NCBI GenBank assembly: GCA_963796455.1
Contig: CAWCLO010000004.1
Coordinates: 256,001 to 320,000 of the forward strand
Direction of reading: 5' to 3'
DNA: 64,000 nucleotides
Source: Candidatus Sulfomarinibacteraceae bacterium
GTDB taxonomy: Bacteria > Acidobacteriota > Thermoanaerobaculia > Thermoanaerobaculales > Sulfomarinibacteraceae
This document shows, one piece after another, positions 38,811 through 49,684 of the stretch (position 1 is the stretch's first letter; every line of letters starts with the position of its first letter). The translations under genes and the position numbers were made by a program. The notes beneath the pieces were generated by a model. The model did not search any database. It was not told the DNA's origin and saw only the letters and a program-made list of their open reading frames with translations.

Positions 38811-39297
38811 TGGGTACCTCCTGGGTAAGTAGGACCTCGTTGAGGAGCCTCCGGCGGGCGCGGTGGACGATGACCCTGGCCGATCCTTCCGAGATTTCGA
38901 GAACGCGCGCGATCTCGGCATAGGACAGCTCGTGCTCGGATCGTAAGATCACCGCGACCCGATCGCGTTCGGGCATTCGTTTCAATGCCGCACCGACGCG
39001 GTCGAGTTCTTCGCGCCCATTGGCCTGGCGGTGTGAATCGGGTGCCCGATCGGTCAGGTGGTCGCCGAGCTCCTCGTGCTTGTTGGTCCGTTTGTGTTGG
39101 TTGCGGTGGATGTTCCGGGCGATGGCGAAGAGATATGCCTTCAAGGTCTCGGTGCGTAGTCGATCGCGCCGGGCCCAGGCGCGAACGAATGTTTCAGATG
39201 TGATGTCTTCGGCCTGGCTGCGATCCCGGGTCAGCCACACGGTGAAGCGGAAGACATCCGCGAAATAGCTTTGGTACAGGTCCTTGAAGGTCATCAT
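38794..39297 (-). CDS. ECF RNA polymerase sigma factor
   Basis: AEDITSETFVRAW, YLFAIARN, LSYAEIA..VHRARRRL. Confidence 0.93.
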   Translation of the reverse strand: MMTFKDLYQSYFADVFRFTVWLTRDRSQAEDITSETFVRAWARRDRLRTETLKAYLFAIARNIHRNQHKRTNKHEELGDHLTDRAPDSHRQANGREELDRVGAALKRMPERDRVAVILRSEHELSYAEIARVLEISEGSARVIVHRARRRLLNEVLLTQEVPNGNNP

Positions 39298-39344
39298 CGT
39301 AAAGACTATCGCCGTCGGTCGGATTCGTTACAGACAGTAAATCC

Positions 39345-40385
39345 TCAGGGAAGGGTCCACCTCGAAAAATTTCCCAATTCAAACCCGTCGAGGAGGATCG
39401 GTTGCGACCGTGCACAATCGTAGGTGAGGGTGATCGATTGACCGGTGTCGATGATTTCGAAATCGGTGACATCGAGTGCCTGCAGCGAAAAGCTGTCGAT
39501 CCCCAGGTCCGACCATCTAGCGGTCGTGAAGCGGTCGCTCTGGGCGGTCAGGGCGATGGTCCCACCATCCGAGAGGACGATACCGTAGGTCTGCATCGCC
39601 TTGGCGATGGTGCGTGCCGCTTCGTTGGGCAGGGTTGCGAGCGGATAGTCGGCCCGCAGGCGAAGGCGTGCGCCATAGGGCACGGCGGTTGCCGGTCCGG
39701 AGGGCCCTCCCGCATGGCTGGCTGGACGAACGTAGACACCCGAGCGCATGCGCGTATTCGGCAGGATGAATCGCAGCGCGTGGTTGATCTCGCCGGCCGC
39801 GACCTCGTCCGGCGAGATCAGCAACGGGGCGATCGGGAATCCGGCAGCGTCGGCCGATGTGCACTGTTCACCTCTTCCTTCCGGCGGGTACAACAGATCG
39901 AGGTTCCACACCGCCAGGCAACCGCCCTGGAAATCATTACCGACGATGTCGGCCCGCCACATTTCGTAGAGAGTGGACGTCGGATCGTGAACCACCAGCA
40001 GGTGGCAGTCGCCATCGGATTCGCACTCGTAGCCGGACTCACCCTCCAGGGCCCCTCCGGCAGGAACCGGGACGGGTACCTGGTCGCAGTCGGGTGAGAA
40101 AAAGTCTCCGGTCGGCGTGAAGGCAAGAAACGGAGTCTGTGCGTCGGCACGCAACACCTCGATCGAAAAGTCGATGCGCATTGTGCCGCCGCCCCAGCCG
40201 CCGGCATTGTCGAGCCAGGCGATGACCGTCGCGGAATCGGCGGCGATCGGTGCCGAAGAGATTTCCTGTCGCCACACGGAATCTGCCGGCGTGGATGGGA
40301 TAGGCGATTGCGCGGCCGCCTGCATTGAGGTGGCCATTGCCAGCCCGCACGCGGTCGCGTGAAGTACTTTGCGATGAGATTTCAT
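39345..40385 (-). CDS. Secreted hypothetical protein with LLDGFELG tail
   Basis: Signal peptide, GDCHLLV..LYEMWRA, SADAAGFP, INHALRF, PYGARLRL. Confidence 0.75.
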   Translation of the reverse strand: MKSHRKVLHATACGLAMATSMQAAAQSPIPSTPADSVWRQEISSAPIAADSATVIAWLDNAGGWGGGTMRIDFSIEVLRADAQTPFLAFTPTGDFFSPDCDQVPVPVPAGGALEGESGYECESDGDCHLLVVHDPTSTLYEMWRADIVGNDFQGGCLAVWNLDLLYPPEGRGEQCTSADAAGFPIAPLLISPDEVAAGEINHALRFILPNTRMRSGVYVRPASHAGGPSGPATAVPYGARLRLRADYPLATLPNEAARTIAKAMQTYGIVLSDGGTIALTAQSDRFTTARWSDLGIDSFSLQALDVTDFEIIDTGQSITLTYDCARSQPILLDGFELGNFSRWTLP

Positions 40386-40444
40386 TGTCGCCCAAGTGTA
40401 CAAGAAACAACGGTTTGCGGTGGCGATCGGTGTTCTCTGCGGTT

Positions 40445-42019
40445 TCAGGTCACGGCATTGCGGTCGCGGTTCAGGTCTTTGAGGGCGTCGATCGGACGGC
40501 GATCGGGCGCCATCGGTTTGATCGCTCTCTTGAGAAAGCTTTCGGCCTCATTGAACTTGCCGACATACCTGAGGATCTCACCGCTGAAGTACAGGGCGAG
40601 CCCGTTTTTTGGATCGATGCGCAGCACCTCGCGAAGCTCTTCGAGGGCCGACTGGGTGTGAGCCGATTGGTTCGTGACAAAACGGCAAAACGCACGTTCG
40701 GATGAGTACCGCAGATTCTGTGGATCGAGGTCGGCCGCAAAATCCAGTTGTTCGAGAGCCTTTTCGTGTTTTCCGGCCGCCACCAATTCCATTCCCTTTT
40801 CGAATTGCACGACGGGGTCCAGAAGATCGGACTGGATTTTGAAATCATTCGCTGCCTTCGATGCCTGTTCTCGCGCTTCGCGTTCGCGTCGGTGGTCCAG
40901 GAGAAGGGCGCGGCTCTTGGGATCCCAGATTTCGGCGAAGGCGCGGGCGCCGGCAAGAAAAATGTCGCGCGCTTTGTCCGAAAGCGATTCGGAAAATTTC
41001 CACGGGGCGAACATCTCCGCAAAACGGAGATAGCTGTCGCGAAAATGGTCGAGCGATCCATCGGGATCGGCACCGAGAAGCTCGAACGGATCTTTGCGGC
41101 GGTGGTTGAGGGCAAGCTCCATCAGATCGCGGCGAGATTCGTCGCTCAACGGTCGTGCAGACTCTCGCTGGGGCGGCGGTGCGGGCTCTGCCATGCGCCG
41201 GATCGGAACCGTTGCGGCCTTCGGAGCCTGGTTCTCGACCTGATCAGCGGGCACCACGACCTCGATCACGGTCAGGGCGTAGAGCGTACGGGTCAGATCT
41301 TCGTAACGAATTCCCTCGATGGCGGCAAGCTCATCGATTCGAACCGGTCCGGACCTCAGGTATTCGATAATGGGTTTGAGTTTCTTCGGAACTTTGAGTT
41401 CGTCGATCGGGCAGACCGGTTCGGGGTTGTAGGTCAATTGTGTGCCGATGAGAGGTCCGATGGAACCGTCGATCTGATCCTGGGTGGCAAACTTGCTGAC
41501 CCCGATAAAAACGAGTTGGGGCACGTTGACCCTGAGTGGGGAATCGGCCACATGGATCCGCGGGTCGATGCGCCAGGTCCCGGTGTGCCACGAAAAGACG
41601 TCGAGCAGTTTGCTGGCCAGATTCTGCTGCAGGATTTTGAGAAGCTCTTCAGGGTCGATCAGATCTTTCTCGATCAGCACGTCGCCGAAGCGGAGAGATC
41701 GGGTGACCGACTCGCGATAACAGGCGTCGGCGGTGGATGCGTCCAGTCGTCCGGTCGAAACGATGAAGCGGCTGAGAGTTTCGTGGACGAGATTTGAGCG
41801 GCAATCCACCGGGTGTCCGTCCTCGAAGAGAATCTCTTTCTGCAGCGAACCACGTTGCAATTCGAGCAACGCACTGCGCCGGGCTTTGGCAAGCCCGAAG
41901 AGGACGACACCAAAGGGAGCCTCCTCGAGATCTCCCTCATTGAGGCGTCCCACACGATCGAGTTCATCTCGGATCAACGTCATTGGACCCCGGTTGTGTT
42001 TTCGAGTGCCGTTCGGCAC
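40445..42019 (-). CDS. DUF4388-like + degenerate J-domain + TPR protein
   Basis: EGDLEEAPF..F.DG.P..C.SN..FSW..G; DPFELLG J-like segment; C-terminal TPR-like repeats. Confidence 0.75.
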   Translation of the reverse strand: MPNGTRKHNRGPMTLIRDELDRVGRLNEGDLEEAPFGVVLFGLAKARRSALLELQRGSLQKEILFEDGHPVDCRSNLVHETLSRFIVSTGRLDASTADACYRESVTRSLRFGDVLIEKDLIDPEELLKILQQNLASKLLDVFSWHTGTWRIDPRIHVADSPLRVNVPQLVFIGVSKFATQDQIDGSIGPLIGTQLTYNPEPVCPIDELKVPKKLKPIIEYLRSGPVRIDELAAIEGIRYEDLTRTLYALTVIEVVVPADQVENQAPKAATVPIRRMAEPAPPPQRESARPLSDESRRDLMELALNHRRKDPFELLGADPDGSLDHFRDSYLRFAEMFAPWKFSESLSDKARDIFLAGARAFAEIWDPKSRALLLDHRREREAREQASKAANDFKIQSDLLDPVVQFEKGMELVAAGKHEKALEQLDFAADLDPQNLRYSSERAFCRFVTNQSAHTQSALEELREVLRIDPKNGLALYFSGEILRYVGKFNEAESFLKRAIKPMAPDRRPIDALKDLNRDRNAVT

Positions 42020-42150
42020 CCACCTTTATATTTTACGGCAATTGTCCAGTCGAAATTGAGATTGACGCCGTTCGAGCACTGCGAGACTGAGTGCGGTTAC
42101 AATGTCGGCGGCCTCAATACTGAAAATTTTGACATGCATGGAGGGAAGAG

Positions 42151-43212
42151 ATGAATAAGAAGAAGACTCGTTTCCCAATAATAATGGTGGCAGCGGTTTG
42201 CCTCGGAGCTGCCATTTGGGCCTGTTCTCCCACTGATCAGGCGCCCGAGGTTACTGCTCCGATCGAAGCTTCGCCCTCTGATTCGGCCGTGGTCGACGAC
42301 GCCGGAATGCGGATGATTCCGATTGAAACTCCGAAAGGGACCTTCAATGTCTGGACAAAGAAAATAGGCGACAGCCCCAGGATGAAGGTGCTGCTGCTTC
42401 ACGGTGGGCCGGGAGCGACCCATGAGTACCTCGAGGTCTTTGCCGATTTTCTCCCTCAAGAGGGGATTGAGATCTATCTCTACGACCAACTGGGGTCATT
42501 TTTCTCGGACCAACCGAGTGACGACGATCTGTGGACGATCTCGCGCTTCGTCGACGAGGTCGAGCAGGTCCGCCTGGCGCTTGGGCTCGGTCCGGACAAT
42601 TTCTATCTTTATGGGCAGTCGTGGGGGGGCGCCCTAGCCATCGAATATGCACTCGCGCACCCTGGCGCTCTCAAGGGGCTGATCATCTCGAACATGATGG
42701 CTTCGATCCCCCTCTACAACACCTACGCAGCAGAGGTTTTGATGCCGCAGATCGACCCCGAAATTCTGGCTGAGATCAAGGCCTTCGAGGCCGCAGAGGA
42801 CTATGCCAACCCGCGCTACATGGAGCTCCTGATGGAGCATCACTACGTCAACCACGTCCTGCGCAGACCGGCCGAGGAATGGCCGGCGGAGGTGCTCAGC
42901 ACCTTCGAACACATCAATCCCGAGATCTACGTCCTCATGCAGGGCCCGAGCGAACTCGGCGCCAGCGGTCGCTTGCTCGAGTGGGATCGGACCGACGATC
43001 TGTCACAGATCGAAGTCCCGACTCTGGTGATCGGCGCCGAATACGACACCATGGATCCCTCCCACATGGAGTGGATGGCCGGCGAGTTCCCGACGGGCGA
43101 ATATCTCTATTGCCCCGATGGGAGCCATCTCGCACACTACGACGACCAGACGGTCTATATGGAGGGTCTGATTCGTTTCATCCACTCGGTGGACGGACGC
43201 GAGCCCTCCTGA
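42151..43212 (+). CDS. Proline iminopeptidase-family alpha/beta hydrolase (probable lipoprotein)
   Basis: LLHGGPG.THEY, YDQLGS, GQSWGG, GAEYDT, GSHL; lipobox-like IWAC. Confidence 0.92.
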   Translation: MNKKKTRFPIIMVAAVCLGAAIWACSPTDQAPEVTAPIEASPSDSAVVDDAGMRMIPIETPKGTFNVWTKKIGDSPRMKVLLLHGGPGATHEYLEVFADFLPQEGIEIYLYDQLGSFFSDQPSDDDLWTISRFVDEVEQVRLALGLGPDNFYLYGQSWGGALAIEYALAHPGALKGLIISNMMASIPLYNTYAAEVLMPQIDPEILAEIKAFEAAEDYANPRYMELLMEHHYVNHVLRRPAEEWPAEVLSTFEHINPEIYVLMQGPSELGASGRLLEWDRTDDLSQIEVPTLVIGAEYDTMDPSHMEWMAGEFPTGEYLYCPDGSHLAHYDDQTVYMEGLIRFIHSVDGREPS

Positions 43213-43253
43213 AAATCACCGGGTTGAGCCCCCGCCCACTCACCCACGGAGAA

Positions 43254-43523
43254 ACCGCAGATAACGCAGATGGACGCAGATAATCAAACGCTCTCGGGAT
43301 CACGATCGACCTGAGGGCGACTCACACGGCGACCGCACAATTGCCATTCAACATCTTCGGGGCTCCGACCTTGGTGGTGCGGCCGTCTCGGCCGCACGGT
43401 GTGCAGGCGAGACGCCTGCACCACAACGGTTTTACCTTCCGTTCAACGACCCGGAATTGACGACTCAGTCTCGGACCACTGTCCCTGATTGTTGTCCCCG
43501 CCTCCGTATTTCGGACCGCCGTG
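43254..43523. repeat. Composite repeat: CGCAGAT tract, ~100-bp REP module shared with 26252-26350, degenerate MITE end
   Basis: CCGCAGATAACGCAGATGGACGCAGAT; REP doublet 43374-43424; 43480-43523 resembles the reverse complement of 26129-26172. Confidence 0.7.
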
Positions 43524-43547
43524 GGGACTCCGGATTTCTGCGGGGAA

Positions 43548-44249
43548 TCAGTCGTCCTTGCCGCCGGCAATGAACTTGTAGCTGATGGCGCCGAGGATGC
43601 CGCCGATGATCGGCGCCAACCAGAACAACCACAGCTGGGAAATCGCCCAGCCACCGACCATCAACGCCGGTCCGGTGCTGCGCGCCGGGTTGACCGAGGT
43701 GTTGGTCACGGGAATGCTGATCAAATGAATCAGGGTCAGACCGAGTCCGATGGCGATTGGGGCAAATCCGGCGGGTGCGCGTTTGTCGGTGGCACCCATG
43801 ATGATCAGGAGAAACATCATGGTCATCACCACCTCGCAGATAAACGCGGCTCCGAGTGAGTATCCGCCTGGCGAGTGTTCGGCGAAGCCGTTGCTGGCGA
43901 AACCGCCGGCGAGATCGAAACCGGCGGCGCCGCTGGCTATGAGGTAGAGCACGAAGGCGCCGGCGATGCCGCCGAGCACCTGGGCCGCAATGTATGGGGC
44001 GAGCTCCGAGGCGGGGAAGCGCCCACCGGCCCAGAGACCGATGGAAACCGCGGGGTTGAGGTGGCAGCCCGAGATATGCCCGATGGCGTAGGCCATGGTC
44101 AGGACCGTCAAACCGAAGGCAAAGGCGACACCCAGGAGCCCGATCCCAACCTCTGGAAATGCTGCCGCGAGAACGGCGCTGCCGCATCCCCCAAGAACAA
44201 GCCAGAACGTACCGATGAATTCTGCACCAAATCGTTTTGAAAGCGGCAT
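43548..44249 (-). CDS. aqpZ: Aquaporin Z
   Basis: [24 protein letters not shown], two NPA motifs (HLNPAV, SVNPARS). Confidence 0.97.
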   Translation of the reverse strand: MPLSKRFGAEFIGTFWLVLGGCGSAVLAAAFPEVGIGLLGVAFAFGLTVLTMAYAIGHISGCHLNPAVSIGLWAGGRFPASELAPYIAAQVLGGIAGAFVLYLIASGAAGFDLAGGFASNGFAEHSPGGYSLGAAFICEVVMTMMFLLIIMGATDKRAPAGFAPIAIGLGLTLIHLISIPVTNTSVNPARSTGPALMVGGWAISQLWLFWLAPIIGGILGAISYKFIAGGKDD

Positions 44250-44338
44250 CACGTCCTCCTCTCGGACCTCGAGATCTGAATTTATGCTTCGATCGATGTC
44301 CGCCAGATTACAAGATCCCGATCTGGTGCGCGAGAATT

Positions 44339-44833
44339 TTAATGCGAGGGCGTAATGGCCACCAGCGCTTTGCTGTCCGTCTGGGCGACGTGACACGAGG
44401 TGCAGACCCAACGGGAACCGGCCACTTCGCTGCCTGTGGTCCCGGGGGACCGCCGGAGATCAACCCGGTGGCTGGACGGCACCGCCACCGCACCCATGTC
44501 TTCAGCGACTGATTGATGGTGACACTCGAGGCAGGAGTTTTCACTGAGGGTGATGGTCTCGAGGTCGTCGATCGAGTGAGGGATCGCTGGCGGGAACTCC
44601 GCGTTGGGCCGGGCTCGCAGTTCGCTTTCGCCGGCTTCGACTTCATTGAACGCGATGGGCGCCTGCGGCGGTTGTTCTCGCGCGGTGCCCGGCGCCAGAC
44701 CGATCTCGGACTCCGAAATCGTGACGGGTGGCGCCGCCGTCGCCGTCGTGGTGTTGTTGTCGGCCTGCGGACCGCCGGTGGTGCAGCTGACGACGAAGCC
44801 GAGGGCGAGGAGCGGCAACAAAGTGGTTTTCAT
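44339..44833 (-). CDS. napB: Periplasmic nitrate reductase diheme cytochrome c subunit NapB (lipoprotein-type signal)
   Basis: PPAIPHS, CLECH, CTSCH; directly downstream of napA. Confidence 0.9.
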   Translation of the reverse strand: MKTTLLPLLALGFVVSCTTGGPQADNNTTTATAAPPVTISESEIGLAPGTAREQPPQAPIAFNEVEAGESELRARPNAEFPPAIPHSIDDLETITLSENSCLECHHQSVAEDMGAVAVPSSHRVDLRRSPGTTGSEVAGSRWVCTSCHVAQTDSKALVAITPSH

Positions 44834-44847
44834 CTTCATCCTCCCGT

Positions 44848-47595
44848 TCATGCCTTCTTGATCCGGACCGCACATTTTTTGAAATCGGTTTCCTTCGAAA
44901 TCGGACAGGTGGCATCGAGGGTCACCTTGTTGATGGGTACCCCCTCGTCAAACCACGGCACATAGACCGTGCCCTTCGGCATCCGGTTGCGCCCGCCGAT
45001 CTCCACAACCGCTTCAACTTTGCCCCGGCGCGATTCGATGACAGCCACATCGTTGCGTGCGAGACCGTGGGCGGCGGCGTCCGCCGGGTGCATGACGACC
45101 TGGGCACGCGGCTGGGCGAAGTGGAGCTCGGGAATCCTTCGGGTCATCGAGCCCGAATGCCAATGCTCGAGCACCCGGCCGGTGCAGAGCCACATCGGAT
45201 AATCCTTGGAAGGGCTCTCCGCAGGTGCTGCGTAGGGACGGAAGAAGATCTTCGCCTTGCCGGCGAGGGAAACCGCTTCTCCGCTTCCCGCCACTTTGAG
45301 CGTGCCCTGTTTGAGTGATTTGAGTGCAGGCCCGTAGAAGTCGAAATCGGCGCCATCCGCGACGTAGCTGTCGTGTTTCCCGTTGAAACGCCAACGGGTC
45401 TCCTTGCCATCGATCACCGGCCATCGCAGCCCGCGGACGTCTTCGCGGTAGTAGGTGTCAAATGGGGCGAGATCGTGGGCGTGGTCGAGTCCGAAAAGGC
45501 GGTACTCTTCGAAAAGTGCTTTCTCTGGAAACCAGTTGAGTCCGCCCGCATCCGCGGTGCAGCAATCGTGTCCCGCCCCCACCGGATCGGGCCACTCGAA
45601 GGCGCGCGCATCCTCGGTTGCGAAGAGCACGTCGTAGAGTGTCTGATCCCGGCGATAGCCCATTTTCTCGGCCTCGGCCAGCACATCCGGCAGCGCGCCG
45701 TCGGCGAATCCTCCGGCCTTGAGCCCCGGCACCTTCTGGGCGCCCCACAATTCGCCCAGGGTGAACCTCTTCGAGAATTCCAGCATCTGCCAGACATCCG
45801 AACGTGCCTCACCGGGCGGATTTGTCACCTGCCGCCAGGCCTGGGTCCGGCGCTCGGAGTTTCCGTAGAGCCCCCACTTTTCGAAGTGGCCGGCACAGGG
45901 CAGGATGAGATCGGCGACCTTGCAGGAATAGGTCGGATAGATATCCGAGACCACGATGAAGTTGTCCATTTCGCGTGCGGCGGTCAACCAATGATTTGCA
46001 TTCGCCGTCGATTGGAACGGGTTGGTGACCTGTACCCACAACCACCGCATTTTTCCGGACTGGAGGTCGCGCATCATCTGTGTGATGTGGCTCCCGACCT
46101 TGGGATTGAGGGTGTTGTCGGGGAGTTTCCACAACTTCTCCGATCGTGCCCGGTGGCCGGCATTGGCGACCACCATATCGGCGGGCAAGCGATGGGCAAA
46201 GGTGCCGACTTCACGAGCGGTCCCGCATGCCGACGGTTGGCCGGTCAGGGAAAAAGCCCCCGATCCGGGCGTGGCCTGTTTTCCGGTCAGAAGGTGGACC
46301 ATGTAGGCCTGCTCGTTGACCCAGGTCCCGCGCGTGTGTTGATTGAAGCCCATGGTCCAGAACGAGACGACCTTGCGCTTTGGATCCGCATAGAGATCGG
46401 CCAGGGTCTGGAGTTTCTTTTTGAAGTCCTCCATGTCCTCGTCGGGGTCGCCTTTGGCGAGGGAGGCGACAAAATCGAGGGTGTAGGGTTCGAGGCCCTT
46501 TTTGAATTCGTCAAAGGAAATCAACCAATGGGCCCCGGCTCCGGCGGCGGCTTTTTGTTCGATGACGTGCTTCTTGGATGGATCGAGGCCCTGGGCGATC
46601 GCCTCGTCACGGGTCAGCGTCGTGACCCTTTGTCGGGCGAGGGTGTCGCTTTCGGCCGGGAATCGGAGGGCATCCGTCGCCGGCAACCCGTAGCCGATGT
46701 CGGTCGGACCGGTTGCAAAGACACAATGTTTTTCGACAAAGGCTTTGTCGACCGCCCCGCGTTTGACGATTTCACGGGCGATGAAGTTCCAGATTGCCAG
46801 ATCGGTCTGGGGTGTGATGATCAATTCGTGGTCGGCGCACTCGGAGGTCCGGTTGGAGTAGGTGCTGAGGTTGAAGACCGTGACACCCTTGTCACGAAGA
46901 CGGTGGTCCACAACCCGCGCCCACAGCATCGGGTGCATTTCGGCCATGTTGGCGCCCCAGGTCACCACGGTATCGGTGAGCTCGATATCGTCGTAACAAC
47001 CGGATGGCTCGTCGATGCCGTAGACCTGGATGAATGCGGCAACCGCTGAGGCCATGCAATGGCGGGCGTTGGGGTCGATGTTGTTCGATCGCCAACCCGC
47101 CTTGGCCAGTTTGACCGCGGCGTAGCCTTCCGGGATGGTGTATTGACCGGAGCCCATGATGCCGACACCGGTTGGCCCAAGCTCACCGTGCACGCGCTTG
47201 AACTGGCGCTCCATTTCGTCAAAAGCCCGCTCCCACGAGACCTCGGTGAAATCACCCTCCTTGTCGAAGCGGCCGTCCTTCATCCTGAGAAGTGGTTGAG
47301 TGAGCCGGTCGGCGCCGTAGAGGATATTGGCGTTGGCGTAACCTTTGGCGCACAAGAGGCCCCGGTTCACTGGGTTCTCCGGGTCGCCCTTGACGGCGGC
47401 GACATGACCGTTTCTGGTGCCGACCATGAGCCCGCAGCCGACGCCACAGAATCGGCAGACGCTTTTTTCCCACGTCACGCCGCGGTCGATCGGAGCCGTG
47501 TCGGCGGCACTGTCGAATGGCACGCCAACGGTGGCCGCAGTGGCGGCCGCCACACCCGTTTTGACGAAATCCCTTCGCGAGAGATCGTGCTTCAT
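44848..47595 (-). CDS. napA: Periplasmic nitrate reductase catalytic subunit NapA
   Basis: Tat motif [78 protein letters not shown]. Confidence 0.98.
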   Translation of the reverse strand: MKHDLSRRDFVKTGVAAATAATVGVPFDSAADTAPIDRGVTWEKSVCRFCGVGCGLMVGTRNGHVAAVKGDPENPVNRGLLCAKGYANANILYGADRLTQPLLRMKDGRFDKEGDFTEVSWERAFDEMERQFKRVHGELGPTGVGIMGSGQYTIPEGYAAVKLAKAGWRSNNIDPNARHCMASAVAAFIQVYGIDEPSGCYDDIELTDTVVTWGANMAEMHPMLWARVVDHRLRDKGVTVFNLSTYSNRTSECADHELIITPQTDLAIWNFIAREIVKRGAVDKAFVEKHCVFATGPTDIGYGLPATDALRFPAESDTLARQRVTTLTRDEAIAQGLDPSKKHVIEQKAAAGAGAHWLISFDEFKKGLEPYTLDFVASLAKGDPDEDMEDFKKKLQTLADLYADPKRKVVSFWTMGFNQHTRGTWVNEQAYMVHLLTGKQATPGSGAFSLTGQPSACGTAREVGTFAHRLPADMVVANAGHRARSEKLWKLPDNTLNPKVGSHITQMMRDLQSGKMRWLWVQVTNPFQSTANANHWLTAAREMDNFIVVSDIYPTYSCKVADLILPCAGHFEKWGLYGNSERRTQAWRQVTNPPGEARSDVWQMLEFSKRFTLGELWGAQKVPGLKAGGFADGALPDVLAEAEKMGYRRDQTLYDVLFATEDARAFEWPDPVGAGHDCCTADAGGLNWFPEKALFEEYRLFGLDHAHDLAPFDTYYREDVRGLRWPVIDGKETRWRFNGKHDSYVADGADFDFYGPALKSLKQGTLKVAGSGEAVSLAGKAKIFFRPYAAPAESPSKDYPMWLCTGRVLEHWHSGSMTRRIPELHFAQPRAQVVMHPADAAAHGLARNDVAVIESRRGKVEAVVEIGGRNRMPKGTVYVPWFDEGVPINKVTLDATCPISKETDFKKCAVRIKKA

Positions 47596-47879
47596 GCTCT
47601 TCCTCCTGATGTTTCCGGCTCGGTTGATTCGTCGGAGTCCTGATAGTGCATCACCAATTCGGCGGTGAGTACCCGCGGCAGTGCCTGGAGATCGCGCAGT
47701 CCTTGTCTGTGCTCAGCGATCGAGGCTCGTTCCTGTACGACGATCAATCGCCCGGTCGTCGATTCGGTGGCGTGGACCTCGATACCCGGGAGATGGCTCA
47801 GCGTTGCTGCAAGTTTTTCGATGTCTTCGGGTCGTGTCGTAACGCACAATCCCGAAACGCTCCAGTCGGGTTCAGACAT
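47592..47879 (-). CDS. napD: NapD chaperone
   Basis: [32 protein letters not shown]; overlaps the napA start. Confidence 0.9.
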   Translation of the reverse strand: MSEPDWSVSGLCVTTRPEDIEKLAATLSHLPGIEVHATESTTGRLIVVQERASIAEHRQGLRDLQALPRVLTAELVMHYQDSDESTEPETSGGRA

Positions 47880-47962
47880 GCGGACTCCTCATCGTGTGAC
47901 CTGGTTTCTCCATCATCTCATTTCTGACGGGTACAAAGATATTGCGGCCCAGCCTGGTTTCC

Positions 47963-47976
47963 TTGACCGGGGTCAA
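47963..47976. promoter_or_regulatory. CRP/FNR-family-like box between divergent nap and cytochrome operons
   Basis: Perfect TTGAC-N4-GTCAA palindrome (FNR consensus is TTGAT-N4-ATCAA). Confidence 0.65.
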
Positions 47977-48062
47977 TGTCCTTTTCTCGAAATGCGTGCG
48001 AGACTGAATCAGAAGTCGCATGAACGAACTTGATGGTGTCGAGCGAAGAGGAGGTTTGAACC

Positions 48063-48746
48063 GTGGGTCAACCTGACCGGACGCTGCTGCCCAGGTCGTC
48101 GTCTCTCGCCGTATTGCTGATCGTGTTCTTCGTTTTGTCAGCTCTGATTCTGTATTCCATCATGAGTGGCGCAGGAGGCGGGATCGCCGATGACGCAGGA
48201 GGCACCGCCGCCTTTGGACCGGCAGATTTTCCGGAGATCGATTTCGATCGCGAACTCCTGCCGGAGGTCGAAGAAGCAGGCGCCTCGGATCCGGACGGGG
48301 TCTTTCGGGTTCGGCAGCCTCTGGCCTACGAAGACTACTACCCCTGCACCGACTGCCATGGCGATATGGAAGTCAATCTGGAGCAGCGCCAACTCGAGGA
48401 GATGCACGATGACATCTCGCTTGATCACGGCCCCAAAGACCGCTGGTGCTTTGATTGCCACAACCCCGACGACCGGGATTCTCTACGCCTCGCGAACGGG
48501 ACCTTGATTGGCTTTGACGAGTCGTACAGATTGTGCGGCCAGTGTCACGGGACCATCTTTCGCGATTGGCGTGAGGGCGTACACGGTCGGAGAGATGGGT
48601 ACTGGAATGGTGCCAAGAGCTATCTCCTGTGCGCCCATTGTCACAATCCCCATGCCCCCCGTTTCGAGGCCATCGCGCCGTTGCCACCGCCGGTGCGGCC
48701 GCAGTATCTGAGTTCATCTTCGGAAGGGAGCGATGACGGTGAGTGA
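48063..48746 (+). CDS. Membrane-anchored tetraheme cytochrome c
   Basis: N-terminal TM; CTDCH, CFDCH, CGQCH, CAHCH. Confidence 0.88.
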   Translation: MGQPDRTLLPRSSSLAVLLIVFFVLSALILYSIMSGAGGGIADDAGGTAAFGPADFPEIDFDRELLPEVEEAGASDPDGVFRVRQPLAYEDYYPCTDCHGDMEVNLEQRQLEEMHDDISLDHGPKDRWCFDCHNPDDRDSLRLANGTLIGFDESYRLCGQCHGTIFRDWREGVHGRRDGYWNGAKSYLLCAHCHNPHAPRFEAIAPLPPPVRPQYLSSSSEGSDDGE

Positions 48747-49677
48747 CAAACGAAGAGACCCGGAGGTGGCTGTGGAAGCGCTCGATACGCCGGTCGATCG
48801 AAGGTCTGTTCTGATCAGCGCCGGCCTCACGACCATGGCCGCGGTCTCGGCCGCGGCGGCAGGTTCCTCTGCAGGTTTTGTGGAGCGCTTGCTGGGAACC
48901 CGATTCGTCGAGTTGAGCAGTCAACGAAAAGCGGAGATTCTCGAAGATCTCGAGCGGGACTACAGCCAGCGCTATGGAAGGGAGATCACCGTCTCAGACA
49001 CACCGCCGATGGATGGCGTCGAGTTTGCATACGGCCTCGATATTTCTCGTTGTGTCGGCTGCCGCCGCTGTGTCTACGGTTGTGTGCATGAAAACAACCA
49101 GAGTCGGGAACCGCAGATTCACTGGATCAGAGTGCTGCGGATGGAAAACGAAGGTGGGATCGACCTCACCGAATCCAACGCCTACTATGAACCGGAGCTG
49201 GTGCCTGAGCCCGATGCCTTCTATCTGCCGGTAGCCTGCCAGCAGTGCCGCAATCCTCCCTGTGTCAAAGTCTGTCCGGTCAAGGCGACCTGGCAGGAAC
49301 CCGACGGTATCGTCGTCATCGACTCGGATTGGTGCATCGGTTGCCGCTGCTGTATGTCGGCATGTCCCTATGGAGCACGCCGATTCAACTGGAGTGAACC
49401 AACCCTCCCGTCTGCCGAAGTCAATCCAGATACCCATTTTTTCGGCAACCGGCCCCGTCCCAAGGGAGTGGTCGAGAAATGCACATTCTGCATCCACCGG
49501 ACGCGAAAGGGGAGGTACCCGGCCTGCGTCGAGATCTGTCCGGTGGGCGCTCGCAAATTCGGCAACATGCTTGATGAAGAGTCGGAGATTCGTTATCTGA
49601 TGCGGGAAAAACGGGTGTTCGTGCTCAAGGAAGAACTCAATACACGGCCGCGATTCTTCTACTTCTACGCGACCTGA
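48733..49677 (+). CDS. Tat-exported 4Fe-4S dicluster protein (NrfC/DsrO-like)
   Basis: DRRSVL twin-arginine; CVGCRRCVYGC, CQQCRNPPCVKVCP, CIGCRCCMSACP, EKCTFC..PACVEICP. Confidence 0.92.
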   Translation: MTVSDKRRDPEVAVEALDTPVDRRSVLISAGLTTMAAVSAAAAGSSAGFVERLLGTRFVELSSQRKAEILEDLERDYSQRYGREITVSDTPPMDGVEFAYGLDISRCVGCRRCVYGCVHENNQSREPQIHWIRVLRMENEGGIDLTESNAYYEPELVPEPDAFYLPVACQQCRNPPCVKVCPVKATWQEPDGIVVIDSDWCIGCRCCMSACPYGARRFNWSEPTLPSAEVNPDTHFFGNRPRPKGVVEKCTFCIHRTRKGRYPACVEICPVGARKFGNMLDEESEIRYLMREKRVFVLKEELNTRPRFFYFYAT

Positions 49678-49684
49678 GGCTGTC

